A DNA stretch of 53,068 nt from a virus (IMGVR_UViG_3300005298_000141:1-53068); one strand, 5' to 3'. Shown: positions 27,217 to 37,924, numbered from the stretch's first letter. Made by a program: numbers and translations. The notes: generated from the letters alone by a model not told the origin.

Positions 27217-30018
27217 CTACTGGTGAATACCGAACGGCGGCGTTAGCAAGAATTTGCGTGGTTCTCTGAGAAAACCGCTGTACGTGCCGGTCTTGTCTGA
27301 CCACGTCAGCCCACCGTCAAGTGTATTACTGATGAGCACTCTCGTGTCACCAGCGGTATAAGTGTCAAACTGTGTCAGTACAGTCCATTCACGGGCGTTT
27401 GCAGGGTTTCCGTACACTCCCAGGTGGTATGGAAACTTGCTACCATTGGGGACATCGGTTTTCCGCTCAAGTCTCCCATCCAGATACTCAAAGAACGCAA
27501 AGGTATCCGTCTCGTCATCGTACAGTACAATAGCAACCTGGTTCTGGTTGTAAGTCCAGTACTCTATGCCACTCCCCACAGGTTCACAGTAACTTGGAGC
27601 AAGTTCTGTCCAATTCTGCCCCATGTCGTCCGTGACCGCGAATCGGTGCGAATTACTGCCCCAGGGCATGCCCGTTTTGTACATCCTTCCACCGGATGTG
27701 CCTTGTTGCCAGGGCTTACGAAACTTGCACGTCTCAGCAACACCCTGGTCAGGTCCAATGCGGACCCAGGTGCTACCGCGATTTAGCGAGCGATACAGGT
27801 ACGAGGGATGTGTGACAATTCCTGTACCGAACATTCCTATCAGTTCATCTGTACCGGCTGTGTTCTCAAGCCACCAGCATTTTCTGGTATATACATACAC
27901 GCGCCACCAGGGGTCAGAATAGAAATTCCAGGTCTGGCCCCAGTCCTCACTAAAGCAGTATGTTACGAAAGTGTAGTGCGTGTCGGGGTTCTCAAAACGG
28001 GCGATGAGGCCAATGTAGTTGGGCCTATGAACCAACGACATCAACTGGTAAACCGTAGTGTTTGCCGGGTCTACGAACTCGCCCAGATAAGACGAGACCA
28101 GGCTGTGGAGCGTCTCCTTAGAGACCAGCGTTTGCCAGTCCGCCGGTCCGACATGCTCAGCATTGCAATCTGGTAGATAAACGACTTCGCCATCCTCAGT
28201 GACGACAACAATGGACACGCCCCCCGCCCGTTCCACGTAGCGAAAGTCCACAAAGGGTTTCCCACCAGGGTTAACATCACCAAGTGCCAGGACCTGCTGC
28301 CAGTGCGGGTAAGGCGAGTAGTAATCACTGCTCCGATACACATACCCAGCATCCAGCAGCCACGCAAGCCCTTCGCCGGAGTAGAAAGGCGGTGGTTCTG
28401 GCATTGGTGGCACCGGCCATTCCGGAGGAGTCGCAGGTGGAGGCGGTGGGATGATTATGGTTTCGCCAGCAACCCTGGGAGTCTCAACTTTAACCGTTGC
28501 CTCAACAAGAAACGACTGTCCGCTCGGGCGAGCGGAAATTCTCTGTGGACTCCCAGTAACATACCCTCCCACATTCCAGAGTCCGGGCACCTGTAACTCG
28601 TGGAGGTCTTCCGCAATGGATGCATTAACCTCCGGGTATATCTTAAACATGTACAGCAATCCAGAGACACGGTTCAGGTCTTCCTGGCTGCTGACGATAA
28701 GTCCCTCAACGTCTTCTTTCCCCTGCCAGATGTCCGGTGTGGTACCCGGGTATCTGGACAAATACGGCGTGTCATAGGCAAAGCCGCCTGCCCGTAGTTC
28801 TCCAATGGGCGAAGGTTGCTTCTCGCGAATCTCCATCGGGGTTACCGAGTAACGCTGAACCGATGAGCGGTCCCACAACAGCAGTGGTTCTTCTACTACA
28901 AGAGCATCAACCCCGAACTGCACAAAGCGTGACAAAGCATCCTCCAGCAAATCATTGGCCTGGCTGAGTACCGAGCCCTCGCTGAAGGATTGAGACTTGA
29001 TGGGCAAGTTCATCCGTGCAGACTGATAGTAGACAGGTGTTGTAAGGTTGAACGTTGAGTGGAACTCCAATAGCAGATGAAGCGCTCTGGCCGCCGTCAG
29101 ACTTGGTACCCTGTACCAACTGTTCCTTGCCCCATCCTCAAGAACAAAAGCATGCGACACTATACGGTCCAGCAGGGCTACAGAAGAAAGCAGGGTGAGT
29201 TGAGAACGCCATTCACCCGCCTTGATAGCGTCTTCCTCCGGAAGCACCCACAGCAGGAACTCTTTGCTCCCATAGCGAATGAACGCCGGGGTCAGCGGCG
29301 GAGGTTCGGAAAGAGGTGAGGAAACTCTGACGACAACTCCTTCGCCCGGCGACCAGGAAATCTCGTCAATGATGACGTCCGGTGAATCTGTGATATTGAC
29401 CAGCACGGGCAAAACCATTCTTCCGGTCTGGCCGTTGCTGTCCGTTGCTTCTGCAACAATGATTTTGTACCCAGGTGTCGGGAACGCAATGTGAAATGAC
29501 GGCGGAGAGAATGTCACACTCCCATCAGGATAACAGGTCACACTCATGGAGGCAATGCTGGCCCCTGCCTCAAAAGCGTACGCGGATATCACGCCAGACA
29601 GGTCGCCACTGGAAAAGAGGCTACACTGGATGTTCACCTTTGGCGGTAGCGGCACTGGCTCCAGGTCCGTATCTTTCCAGACGGTTGGCGTCCCGGAAAC
29701 GTCCGCAACGCGCTGGAGGCGTGGAAGTGGCGCAAAGGTCCGTGGGCACCAGATGTACAAATCGGTGCTCCACTCAATCTCGTTCTCCGAAACGGAAAGC
29801 GAGTCCTCGCTGGCGCCACGAATACGAACCATCCCCACGTCCCAATGTCGCGGGGATGTGCCGATATAGGCCAGTTCACCAGCCAGGGGAAGCATGCCGG
29901 TGACATCTGTGACCGACACAGTCATTAAAGAGCGCCCGGTAGAAGCAACCCTGGCAATGAAATCCCAGTCCACGCGTGGTTGAATCACAACGGATGATGG
30001 CTGTAGTGTCCTTCTCAT
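27217..30018 (-). CDS. large tail hub/baseplate protein with C-terminal Asp-box propeller
   Basis: Lies downstream of the tape measure. Pro-rich linker, then SEDWGQTW, SLNRGSTW, TDDMGQNW, TLDGGLTW Asp-boxes. Confidence 0.7.
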   Translation of the reverse strand: MRRTLQPSSVVIQPRVDWDFIARVASTGRSLMTVSVTDVTGMLPLAGELAYIGTSPRHWDVGMVRIRGASEDSLSVSENEIEWSTDLYIWCPRTFAPLPRLQRVADVSGTPTVWKDTDLEPVPLPPKVNIQCSLFSSGDLSGVISAYAFEAGASIASMSVTCYPDGSVTFSPPSFHIAFPTPGYKIIVAEATDSNGQTGRMVLPVLVNITDSPDVIIDEISWSPGEGVVVRVSSPLSEPPPLTPAFIRYGSKEFLLWVLPEEDAIKAGEWRSQLTLLSSVALLDRIVSHAFVLEDGARNSWYRVPSLTAARALHLLLEFHSTFNLTTPVYYQSARMNLPIKSQSFSEGSVLSQANDLLEDALSRFVQFGVDALVVEEPLLLWDRSSVQRYSVTPMEIREKQPSPIGELRAGGFAYDTPYLSRYPGTTPDIWQGKEDVEGLIVSSQEDLNRVSGLLYMFKIYPEVNASIAEDLHELQVPGLWNVGGYVTGSPQRISARPSGQSFLVEATVKVETPRVAGETIIIPPPPPATPPEWPVPPMPEPPPFYSGEGLAWLLDAGYVYRSSDYYSPYPHWQQVLALGDVNPGGKPFVDFRYVERAGGVSIVVVTEDGEVVYLPDCNAEHVGPADWQTLVSKETLHSLVSSYLGEFVDPANTTVYQLMSLVHRPNYIGLIARFENPDTHYTFVTYCFSEDWGQTWNFYSDPWWRVYVYTRKCWWLENTAGTDELIGMFGTGIVTHPSYLYRSLNRGSTWVRIGPDQGVAETCKFRKPWQQGTSGGRMYKTGMPWGSNSHRFAVTDDMGQNWTELAPSYCEPVGSGIEYWTYNQNQVAIVLYDDETDTFAFFEYLDGRLERKTDVPNGSKFPYHLGVYGNPANAREWTVLTQFDTYTAGDTRVLISNTLDGGLTWSDKTGTYSGFLREPRKFLLTPPFGIHQ

Positions 30019-30019
30019 A

Positions 30020-30346
30020 CTATATGCCAACCACCGGGTTTAGATACTCTATGGTAACGTCCACGCCGTCGGCTACGCTAAGGCGAATCCTTTTTTGCAC
30101 CCTGGAAATGAATCCCCGCATGGTGGTCTCGCACCCGTCCGGCCCGGGAAGGGTGACTGTTACGCTCTCGCCTAACAACTGGTAAAATATGCCGAACAGG
30201 TCAAGTTCGGCGGGTAGAGCGAACGAAAGTTCGCACGACCAGCCAGTGGAAAGAACAGGCTCACCGCCGATGGTGTAGCCAATAACCTTTGGCGTTTCCC
30301 AAGATACTGTCTCTGGATCTGGTACGACGAGGTCGTTGATGACCAT
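30020..30346 (-). CDS. small tail (distal-tail-like) protein
   Basis: 108 aa ORF immediately after the tape measure. Confidence 0.6.
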   Translation of the reverse strand: MVINDLVVPDPETVSWETPKVIGYTIGGEPVLSTGWSCELSFALPAELDLFGIFYQLLGESVTVTLPGPDGCETTMRGFISRVQKRIRLSVADGVDVTIEYLNPVVGI

Positions 30347-33300
30347 CTACCATCCTCTCACCTTATGGAAGCCGGACCTGAATAACCGCTCAAGGCTTTC
30401 CGTTACCGTAGCCTCTATTTGGCCTGTCAGCCCGGCAACCTCGGCCCTCACCACCGCGTTAAGTTGGTGGGTGAGGGCAATCGGCGGTATTTGGACTGGG
30501 TAACCACCTTCCCGCCGGAGCGGTTGGGTGATGACCAACTCCGGCCCGGCTTCCCCTGCAATAAAGTGGGTTGGCCCGGTGACTATGTCAATGCCACCTC
30601 TGGCTCTCGGTTGCACGCCAGGCCGTGATGTGCCAGGAAACGAAACACCGGCAGAACCAGCCATTGACCGCAGCGCCGAAAGAAGACTTACGGTGTATGA
30701 AATGGCACTGTTCAGCCAATTCAGATAACTTTGCACAGTATTCCGCACCGCAGTCAGCGTCGTTGCGCCACCCATCTGGATGGTATTCCTTAACTGCCCG
30801 AACTGCTGGTACAAAAATCCGAAGTAGTTTATATGGAGCCCTTTCAAAGCGTTCACCATATCAGTAGTTATCGTTATCTGGTCGCGTGAGTATGCGGACA
30901 TGATAACCGCTGCCGATCGGCGGAACTTTTCTTCTTCGGACAGTGTCTGGTCATTCGCAATTTTCTGAAGTTCGTACTCCAGCATCAGGTCTCGCATCAG
31001 GTCCTGCAATCTACGATTGGCCTCGCGCTCGCGGTCCTCGCGCTCGCGTCGTTCGCGGATTGCCCGTTCCTCCCGCTCCATTTCTTCCCAGCGCCGAATT
31101 TCCTCCAGTTCTTGCTGGTAACGCTCGCGCAGTAACGCGAGTTGCTCCTCATACTGCTTTTGGGCATTCTCTATTGCATCCTGATACGCACGGTATGCGT
31201 CAGCACGCTGCCGTTCGGCAGCCTCGTGCGCTTCCTGGATTTCACGGTCGCGCCGGCGAGCAGCCCAGAATGCCGATTCTGCATCCCGGTCCATCTCGGC
31301 CCGAAGCATGTCGTCGTAGTAATCTCTCCAAATGGAACGCAGCCTATCGGCCAGTTCCTCATTGATTTTCTCAAGACGCCGCTGGTAGTCCCGCTCGGCC
31401 TCAAGCAGTCGGTCAGTATAGTCCTTCCGTAGTTTGGGTCTGGACTTTCGGAGTTCCTCTTCAGCATCTCGCAACCGTTTCTGGCGCTCGCGCGCCAGGT
31501 CTTCCTCCCAGCGCCGTCTCTCAATCTCCAAATCCTCTTCCCATCGCAACCATTCCAGGAACATCTGACCGGCCTGGCGAAGGGCTTGAGTGACATCGTC
31601 AACCAGGCTACGCACCTCGCCCGCAGTGTCTTCGGCGATAATGCCAACCTCTTGCAGAACTTGCCGGAGTTGCTCAAATCGCTCTCGTTGCTCATCAGTA
31701 ATCTCTATATTCGCCCGGCCGTCATCAATTAGCGGGTCCAGAATGCCGCCAGCACCAATCTCAACCCTCATAAATCTTTCAAGGAGATAGCCCAGCGCCG
31801 CAACTTGCTCTTCCGTCAGGTCAACCATTGCCTCTGCGGGCATATATGCCCTGGCAAGTTCCGTCCCATAGGCTTTCCAGGCATTCACACCGGTTACACC
31901 AAGACGGCGTGACCCGGCAATTATTTCATCAAGACGGGCCCTCATCTCCTCCGCTGGCAGTTGTTGAATGTAAGCAGCGGCCTTCTGGTATGCCTCCGCG
32001 ATTTCCTCAGCAGATTTCTTTGATTTGATGAATGAACCGTAAGCAGCGTAGATGCTTTCTGCAAGTCGGGAAAGGTGAGGCGCCATCGCCACCCCGAGAG
32101 TGGCCTGAAGCGCGGCTTTTACGTCATTGACAGCCTGTTCAAGTTTGTTAGCATCGCTGGTAAGTCTATCAAACGACGTTCCCAGCGCTTCGGCTGCGGC
32201 AGTGCCATAAAACATAACTGCCCAGACGATGAGCAGTGATTTCTGCATCTGGTTTAGTTGCTCGGTTGAAGTAACGCCAGCAATGCCGGATTCCTCCAAC
32301 ATCTGAACAACCTTTGCAAGCGCCTCGCTATAACGCGCTGATTCGGCGCTGTTACGCTTATATAGTTCAAGGAGGTCGCCAAGATTGCCAGAGACCATCC
32401 CAGCCGTTCTTACCATTCGGATTTCGCCTCTCGCAATGGAGTCTGTCCATTTCTCAAAAGCCTCTCGCTGATTGGAAACCTCGCCAGTCACAAGGGCAAA
32501 CAATGATGACAGGCGCATCATTTCCGGAGCCAACTCAATCAATTCCGGCGGAAGCCCAAGTGCAGCGAGGCGAGAAAGTTCAACCACAGCCTCCCACTGC
32601 GTCATTGCCCCAGCAGCAGCGCTCTGCATTTCACGAGCAAGGTCTTTGATGTTCGTCACACCGGCAGCACGAAGCACCAGTATAGCGTTTGTGACCCGGT
32701 CAACACTGCGTGCTCCCTCCAGCGCTGCATTATAAATGGTGCGGAGCGACTTTTGGAGGAAGTAGCCGAAAAACATCACGGTAAATACCTGCCAGCGCAA
32801 GTCCATGAGGGAGCGCATGAACCCCCTGGCGGATTTGCGGGCCTGGTCAAAAGCGCTTGCAACAGCGAGAACCCTGGCCGCTTCGCCGGATGGGATTGTC
32901 GGCAACTCACCAGCCGGCGGCGCTGCTCCAGGCGGCCCTCCTCCGGAGGGCGGAACTGCGCTAAGTTTCTCCAGGCTTTCCGACAGCGCAGCGAACTTCC
33001 TGGACGCGGTTATTGCAGATTCGCCGGACTCGCGCATTACCTTGCTGGATTCCTTGTATCCCGTCATGATGGCGCTCACGGCTTGCTCTGCCGTCAGAAC
33101 TCCTGTTTGGACTGCTTTGGCGGCAGTATCAATAATTGCTTTGGGGACACCCTCCACTCCCAGCAAGGCGAGTTGCTGACGAATGGTATTCTTAATGGCC
33201 GTGATGTTCTCTGGTTTTATTGCTTTTACCGACTCCCGGAGAGCGACAGTGAGAGCAACTATCTGTGCTTTGCCCTTCAGCCCAATTTCCTCAAGGGCCT

Positions 33301-34672
33301 GGATTGGAGTGCCCGCAATGGCATTGCTCAACGTGCGAAATGCACTGGCGGTCTGCTCAACACTTGCCCCCGGGGTAACACCGACTGCCCGGAGTATTTC
33401 ACTCCACCTCTCCATCCCTGTGCGGATGGCAGAAGTCATCTCCTCAATGGTTAACTCGCCAGTCGCTACCATGCCAGCAAACTGGCGGGCCACCCGCGCG
33501 GAAATGCCGGGAAAGAGCGACTGGATTGCGGCTGCAATCTGGTCAGACGCAAGAGCAGCAGCGGCAGATACTTTCGCCCCAACGTCAGCAACGCTCGCGC
33601 CGAGTTCCGACGCAGCACGGTCAATAGCAACTGACGCGGCAACAATTTGCGCCTGGCCGGTCAGTCCGACACTCGCGAACAGATTGGGCGCGGTCGCAAG
33701 AGCGTCGGCGAAAAGGTCAATGGCGACCTCTGCATCCCGCGCTGCAATTGTGGGGTCAATGCCCGCGAGTGCGAAGATGTCCCTCCACTGCTTCACACCA
33801 ACCTGGATGCCAGCAAACGCTTCCCCTATGGTAATCTGACCGGCTTTCACCATGCCAGCAAGTTCCTCGGAAAGCGCAACGCTGAGTTCCGGGAACTGGT
33901 TCCTTATCGCTATGGCAAGTTCAGCAACTGAAGCGTTTATAGCACCAGCCACTGCCTTGCCGCTGGTGGCAACCTGGGCGGAGGCCGATTGCCCGGCAGT
34001 AGCAATGGCCTCTCCGGTAGCACTCTCGGCAGCAGCCAGTTCCGCACCGGCCTGCGCTGTTGCGGCAGCGGCGGCAGACGCCGCCTCGCTGGCCCGCTCC
34101 GCCGCACCGGAATACGCGCTCGCGACCGAGGCGGACATCTGGGCATGCCTTCGCTGGATTTCCGCAACTGCTTCCTCCAGCGTCGGAAGGGCAGAAGTCG
34201 CAGAATCACCTGCCTGACTAATTGCCTGAGAAGCCTCTTGGGATGCCTCGGAGACAGTCTTGCCGAAATTAAGCAATTTCCCAGCAAGCGCTGGTGCGTC
34301 CGGGAGGAGCCGGACAGCACCCATCGCGCGTGCCATGCCAGCAACGAATGCCGGGGCAGCACGAAGCGGTAATACACGGAGAGCACCAGCCACCGCCCGG
34401 CTCAGTTCTTGTTCCATCAAGGCAGCACTGGCTGAAGCGGCCCGCCGGATGAATTCCGGTTGCACGCCAGTCTCTGCAAGACGGCGCCTCCTGGCAAGCG
34501 TCCGTAATTCGGGAAGTTGTTCCTGGAGGCTGCCGCGCAGTTTGACCTCCGCCGGTATCTCAACCTTCATCCGGCGGACGTAACTTCTCGCGCTCCGAAC
34601 CGTCCGGTCAAGGGATGATTCGTCAAGCCGGGAACTAACGAGAACGTGGACGCGTGCCAGGATGTCTTCCAT
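30347..34672 (-). CDS. tape measure protein
   Basis: 1441 aa, Ala-rich and helical, with a charged coiled coil and C-terminal ARGG..VTGPT.FIAGEAGPE motif. Follows the tail chaperones. Confidence 0.9.
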   Translation of the reverse strand: MEDILARVHVLVSSRLDESSLDRTVRSARSYVRRMKVEIPAEVKLRGSLQEQLPELRTLARRRRLAETGVQPEFIRRAASASAALMEQELSRAVAGALRVLPLRAAPAFVAGMARAMGAVRLLPDAPALAGKLLNFGKTVSEASQEASQAISQAGDSATSALPTLEEAVAEIQRRHAQMSASVASAYSGAAERASEAASAAAAATAQAGAELAAAESATGEAIATAGQSASAQVATSGKAVAGAINASVAELAIAIRNQFPELSVALSEELAGMVKAGQITIGEAFAGIQVGVKQWRDIFALAGIDPTIAARDAEVAIDLFADALATAPNLFASVGLTGQAQIVAASVAIDRAASELGASVADVGAKVSAAAALASDQIAAAIQSLFPGISARVARQFAGMVATGELTIEEMTSAIRTGMERWSEILRAVGVTPGASVEQTASAFRTLSNAIAGTPIQALEEIGLKGKAQIVALTVALRESVKAIKPENITAIKNTIRQQLALLGVEGVPKAIIDTAAKAVQTGVLTAEQAVSAIMTGYKESSKVMRESGESAITASRKFAALSESLEKLSAVPPSGGGPPGAAPPAGELPTIPSGEAARVLAVASAFDQARKSARGFMRSLMDLRWQVFTVMFFGYFLQKSLRTIYNAALEGARSVDRVTNAILVLRAAGVTNIKDLAREMQSAAAGAMTQWEAVVELSRLAALGLPPELIELAPEMMRLSSLFALVTGEVSNQREAFEKWTDSIARGEIRMVRTAGMVSGNLGDLLELYKRNSAESARYSEALAKVVQMLEESGIAGVTSTEQLNQMQKSLLIVWAVMFYGTAAAEALGTSFDRLTSDANKLEQAVNDVKAALQATLGVAMAPHLSRLAESIYAAYGSFIKSKKSAEEIAEAYQKAAAYIQQLPAEEMRARLDEIIAGSRRLGVTGVNAWKAYGTELARAYMPAEAMVDLTEEQVAALGYLLERFMRVEIGAGGILDPLIDDGRANIEITDEQRERFEQLRQVLQEVGIIAEDTAGEVRSLVDDVTQALRQAGQMFLEWLRWEEDLEIERRRWEEDLARERQKRLRDAEEELRKSRPKLRKDYTDRLLEAERDYQRRLEKINEELADRLRSIWRDYYDDMLRAEMDRDAESAFWAARRRDREIQEAHEAAERQRADAYRAYQDAIENAQKQYEEQLALLRERYQQELEEIRRWEEMEREERAIRERREREDREREANRRLQDLMRDLMLEYELQKIANDQTLSEEEKFRRSAAVIMSAYSRDQITITTDMVNALKGLHINYFGFLYQQFGQLRNTIQMGGATTLTAVRNTVQSYLNWLNSAISYTVSLLSALRSMAGSAGVSFPGTSRPGVQPRARGGIDIVTGPTHFIAGEAGPELVITQPLRREGGYPVQIPPIALTHQLNAVVRAEVAGLTGQIEATVTESLERLFRSGFHKVRGW

Positions 34673-34896
34673 CGGACTCCCGCATCTCTACAATCATTGC
34701 TTCAAGGTCGGAGGAAATCTCAATCGCCGCCATCATCATCGCGCGCGCTTCGCGCGGGATGGAAAACCATTCGTCAAGCGGGATGCCCCACTCACGCGCT
34801 GCACAGGCTTCCCAGAACAGCGGGTGAGCAGAGACCGTCTCCGATTTCTTACGCTTTCTTCTTACCGGTTTTCCGCCGAGCCTGACCGCGAAAAAG
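34635..34896 (-). CDS. tail assembly chaperone extension (gpT-like frame, probably reached by +1 frameshift)
   Basis: Overlapping +1 frame encoding EACAAREWGIPLDEWFSIP. CTT TTT CGC at 34896-34888. Confidence 0.6.
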
Positions 34897-35379
34897 TTCC
34901 TTTGCTGACTCCACATCTTCCTGGCCGACAACGTTCAGGGCGGCCTGGATAACAGCACTCACATCATCTGGTGTGAGCAGCACGTTGGTTAAGAGGTATT
35001 CCGCTTTGGGGTAAAATCGCTCAATCTCGGGACATTCGCCTATGATGGCGCGAGGCATAAGAGGAGCAAATTCTTCCGGGCAGGTCCAGCCTTCTGGAAC
35101 ATCAGTCATGACAACGCCGTTCTTTTCCCACCGCTCAACCATCCCGAGGCAGAACACGAGGATGATAGCCTCAAGGCGCTCTTGCGCTTTTTCAACCTCA
35201 GCACTGTACCTGGCAAAAGCCTCTGTGCCCGGACGCGCGGGCAGTGACTCTGTACCGCCCAGACCTGTGACCGTCTCAATGGGTGGGGAAGGGAAGCGGG
35301 CAAGACGGCGGAATTGAAGTTGAACATAGCCGGGTACTGGGCTGACTTCTACCCAGCCCCATGAAAAGTTAACGCGCAT
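34849..35379 (-). CDS. tail assembly chaperone (gpG-like)
   Basis: Between the tail tube and tape measure genes. AGGAGG SD. Confidence 0.7.
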   Translation of the reverse strand: MRVNFSWGWVEVSPVPGYVQLQFRRLARFPSPPIETVTGLGGTESLPARPGTEAFARYSAEVEKAQERLEAIILVFCLGMVERWEKNGVVMTDVPEGWTCPEEFAPLMPRAIIGECPEIERFYPKAEYLLTNVLLTPDDVSAVIQAALNVVGQEDVESAKELFRGQARRKTGKKKA

Positions 35380-35428
35380 GTCAATCCTCCTGTGATGAAA
35401 TGATAGGTGGCGAAAGACGAGAACCTGG

Positions 35429-35461
35429 TATGGGGTGGGGGTTTGCTACCCCCACCCCATA
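35429..35461 (-). terminator. 14-bp-stem hairpin after the tail tube gene
   Basis: TATGGGGTGGGGGT-ttgct-ACCCCCACCCCATA, with no clear U-run. Confidence 0.6.
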
Positions 35462-35468
35462 CGCCCTA

Positions 35469-36794
35469 TCAGCAGACCCGCTCAACCGGTTCTACGACAT
35501 ACACCGTATCCAGACCCGTGAGAATCCAGGCCGGCCCGGTTGTGGCAGTCACGTAGGAGCGGGCATTGTCAGAGTACGTGTACCACGTCAGTCCACCGTC
35601 CTCCGTGATGTAGATGCCATCGCCGGTCGCAACACCGAAGACGCCATCGGACGAGAACTGCATGGCGGAGATTGAAGTCCCGATGGCCCCAACCTCGGTA
35701 GCCGTCAGCCCGGGCGCCCAGGTATAGACGGTCGTCGGAGTGGCAATCACCAGCCGCCGGGCCCAGTTCACCGAAGCGGCAACAAACTCCTGGCTACCCA
35801 GCGTAACAGACGTGAACTGGCTACCGCTTCCGTAAACCACCAGGCCGTTATTGCCGACCGCGTAGACCGTGCGGCCATCGGTGGTGATGGCCGAAAGGCT
35901 GGTGAAAGCGCCAACAGGCTCCCAGGCCAGCCCACCATTCGCGCTGCGGTGGATAGTGCCGTCAGAGGCAGCGGCGTACACCGCTCCGTCGTTTGTCCGG
36001 CAGACACCGACAACGCTTGCGCCGTTGCTGGTGGACAGAGAGGTGGTCGTGAAGGAAGTGCCGTTCGTGGAACTCGCAATCACCGCCGGTGCGCTGGCGC
36101 CCCCGCTACCGCCGACGATATAGCGCTGGCCGATGCGGGTGGTGAAGGTGGGGGCGAAATCCAGACTGGTGCTGGTCCACGAGGCCCCACCGTTCACCGA
36201 GAACTGGAAAGCATGGCTGGCGCCGTCTGACGTGATTGCGTACAGACGCTGAAGATAGCCAACTGCCGGGGCACAAACCGTTCCACACGACTCCGGCTCC
36301 GCCGCTGCCATCAGCACATCCGCCAGCGTTGCAATCTGCCTCTCGGCGGGCGGCCCCCAGAGCACATAGCCCGTGAAGGCTACGTTGATAGTCGCTTCCA
36401 CCACGTTGGTGGTGGGCTCCAGGGAAACCGGAGCGGAAACAGTTTTGTCTCCAATCTCCCCGCCGACCATGATAATAGCAGATGAGTAGTTGGTCGGATT
36501 CGCCCGCTCCCCGGTGAGCGAGAAGTTCACTCGCCCGGCAATCGGTCCGCACGTCAGACGAAGCCACTGCTCGCGCGTGGTTTCCAGCCGGAGTCGGACA
36601 GTGGTAGTCATGTTGCCAGGCGCGCCGCGAACGATGCGCTGGGGCACCCAGGAGCCGTAATCCGGACCGAGACCGAAAACTGTGGTGAGGTCACCAGCCG
36701 GAAGCGTGATGTCGTCCACCCCGGCACAAACAAACTGCCAGGGGGAGTCCGGCAAGGCGATGAAGAGACTGGCTTCAGACTGAGTGAGTGGCAT
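35469..36794 (-). CDS. major tail tube-like protein with C-terminal Asp-box propeller
   Basis: Position before chaperone and tape measure. GGAGG SD precedes ATG 36794. SVNGGASW, STNGTSF, SANGGLAW, TEDGGLTW. Confidence 0.65.
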   Translation of the reverse strand: MPLTQSEASLFIALPDSPWQFVCAGVDDITLPAGDLTTVFGLGPDYGSWVPQRIVRGAPGNMTTTVRLRLETTREQWLRLTCGPIAGRVNFSLTGERANPTNYSSAIIMVGGEIGDKTVSAPVSLEPTTNVVEATINVAFTGYVLWGPPAERQIATLADVLMAAAEPESCGTVCAPAVGYLQRLYAITSDGASHAFQFSVNGGASWTSTSLDFAPTFTTRIGQRYIVGGSGGASAPAVIASSTNGTSFTTTSLSTSNGASVVGVCRTNDGAVYAAASDGTIHRSANGGLAWEPVGAFTSLSAITTDGRTVYAVGNNGLVVYGSGSQFTSVTLGSQEFVAASVNWARRLVIATPTTVYTWAPGLTATEVGAIGTSISAMQFSSDGVFGVATGDGIYITEDGGLTWYTYSDNARSYVTATTGPAWILTGLDTVYVVEPVERVC

Positions 36795-36807
36795 CTGAAA
36801 CCTCCAA

Positions 36808-37740
36808 TCAGTAGGCAATCAACTGCTGAAGTTTGTACCACGCTTCAACTCGCCCCCTGGTGCTACCAAGTGGCGAGTGAAACGGAACGCCGTTCTCCGA
36901 CCTCTGCTTCCACCATGCCACATCCACCGAGGCGAAGCACCCTGAACAGGAAGCCTCCGGATAGTCCGCCAGAACCATCGGAAGCCAGATGTCCGGGCGC
37001 TCTATGCCCTGGAGCGCGTAGAGCGTTACTGGCATGGTGATGCATTCGTTATCTATGTTCACCCACCGGTCGTTGATGGTTACGGGTGTTCCCCAGACAG
37101 CAGTGACTTCAAATTGGGCAATTCGGTCAATGGTGGGGGTAATTGGGCCCCTCTGCCCGACATAGATTTCCGGTGACAGAACGTCGCAAAGGTCCAGTAT
37201 CTCAGAGCCCACGTTTGGTGGGAAGACGCCAACCAGCGGGAATGGCGCGTAGTCGGTGTATTCGCGTTCAAAGAGAACGGACAGTTCAAGCCAGGCTGGT
37301 TGCACACCAGTGTCCAGAAGTTCCTGAAGTGGCACAGACCAGTCCAGGAGCACTTTCCCTGGGATACTGGATGGCACAACCGCTGGCGTCAGCGCGGCAC
37401 GCTGGACAGGGGTATCCTCGGTGTCTAAAAGGGCCTGCCTTACAAAACGCTTAACTTCCCACAATGACGGGGAGCCAAGCATTCTGGCGGCAACGCGTGT
37501 TGTCAGCCGGGTGGGGTAAAGACCGAACAGGGAACCTCCGACCAGGTTATCCAGTTCGGCGCTTACGGCTTCTACCACGCTTCTGAATGTCAGTCGGTCC
37601 GGGCCTGGCGGGTGGACGTTCCTCGCTTCCGTCGGTGTCGGCCACACCAGACAATGCGGGTCGGTCATCGTCCCCCAGAACGACTCCGGAACCATCCCGA
37701 CTGACAACATCGCCCTCCTGAGTGCCATTCTTGTCAACAT
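36808..37740 (-). CDS. head-tail connector region virion protein
   Basis: 310 aa ORF between the capsid and tail tube genes. Confidence 0.6.
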   Translation of the reverse strand: MLTRMALRRAMLSVGMVPESFWGTMTDPHCLVWPTPTEARNVHPPGPDRLTFRSVVEAVSAELDNLVGGSLFGLYPTRLTTRVAARMLGSPSLWEVKRFVRQALLDTEDTPVQRAALTPAVVPSSIPGKVLLDWSVPLQELLDTGVQPAWLELSVLFEREYTDYAPFPLVGVFPPNVGSEILDLCDVLSPEIYVGQRGPITPTIDRIAQFEVTAVWGTPVTINDRWVNIDNECITMPVTLYALQGIERPDIWLPMVLADYPEASCSGCFASVDVAWWKQRSENGVPFHSPLGSTRGRVEAWYKLQQLIAY

Positions 37741-37924
37741 GGACCAGCCCTCTGCCCAGCAGGTACTCTACATCGTGTTCGTGGACGTAGATTGTCAGAC
37801 CGTTCTGGACGACGTACCGTCTGCCCCCAGGAGTGCTGATTCGCATCGGGTACGGGTAACCAGACTTAACCTTGAGCGGTACGGTCCTCGCCGTCCAGTT
37901 TTGTGGACAGTTCGCACACGGCAT
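37547..37924 (-). CDS. small protein after the capsid gene (CxxC N-terminus)
   Basis: GGAGG SD precedes ATG 37924 (MPCANC...). The 3' part overlaps the next gene. Confidence 0.6.
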   Translation of the reverse strand: MPCANCPQNWTARTVPLKVKSGYPYPMRISTPGGRRYVVQNGLTIYVHEHDVEYLLGRGLVHVDKNGTQEGDVVSRDGSGVVLGDDDRPALSGVADTDGSEERPPARPGPTDIQKRGRSRKRRTG

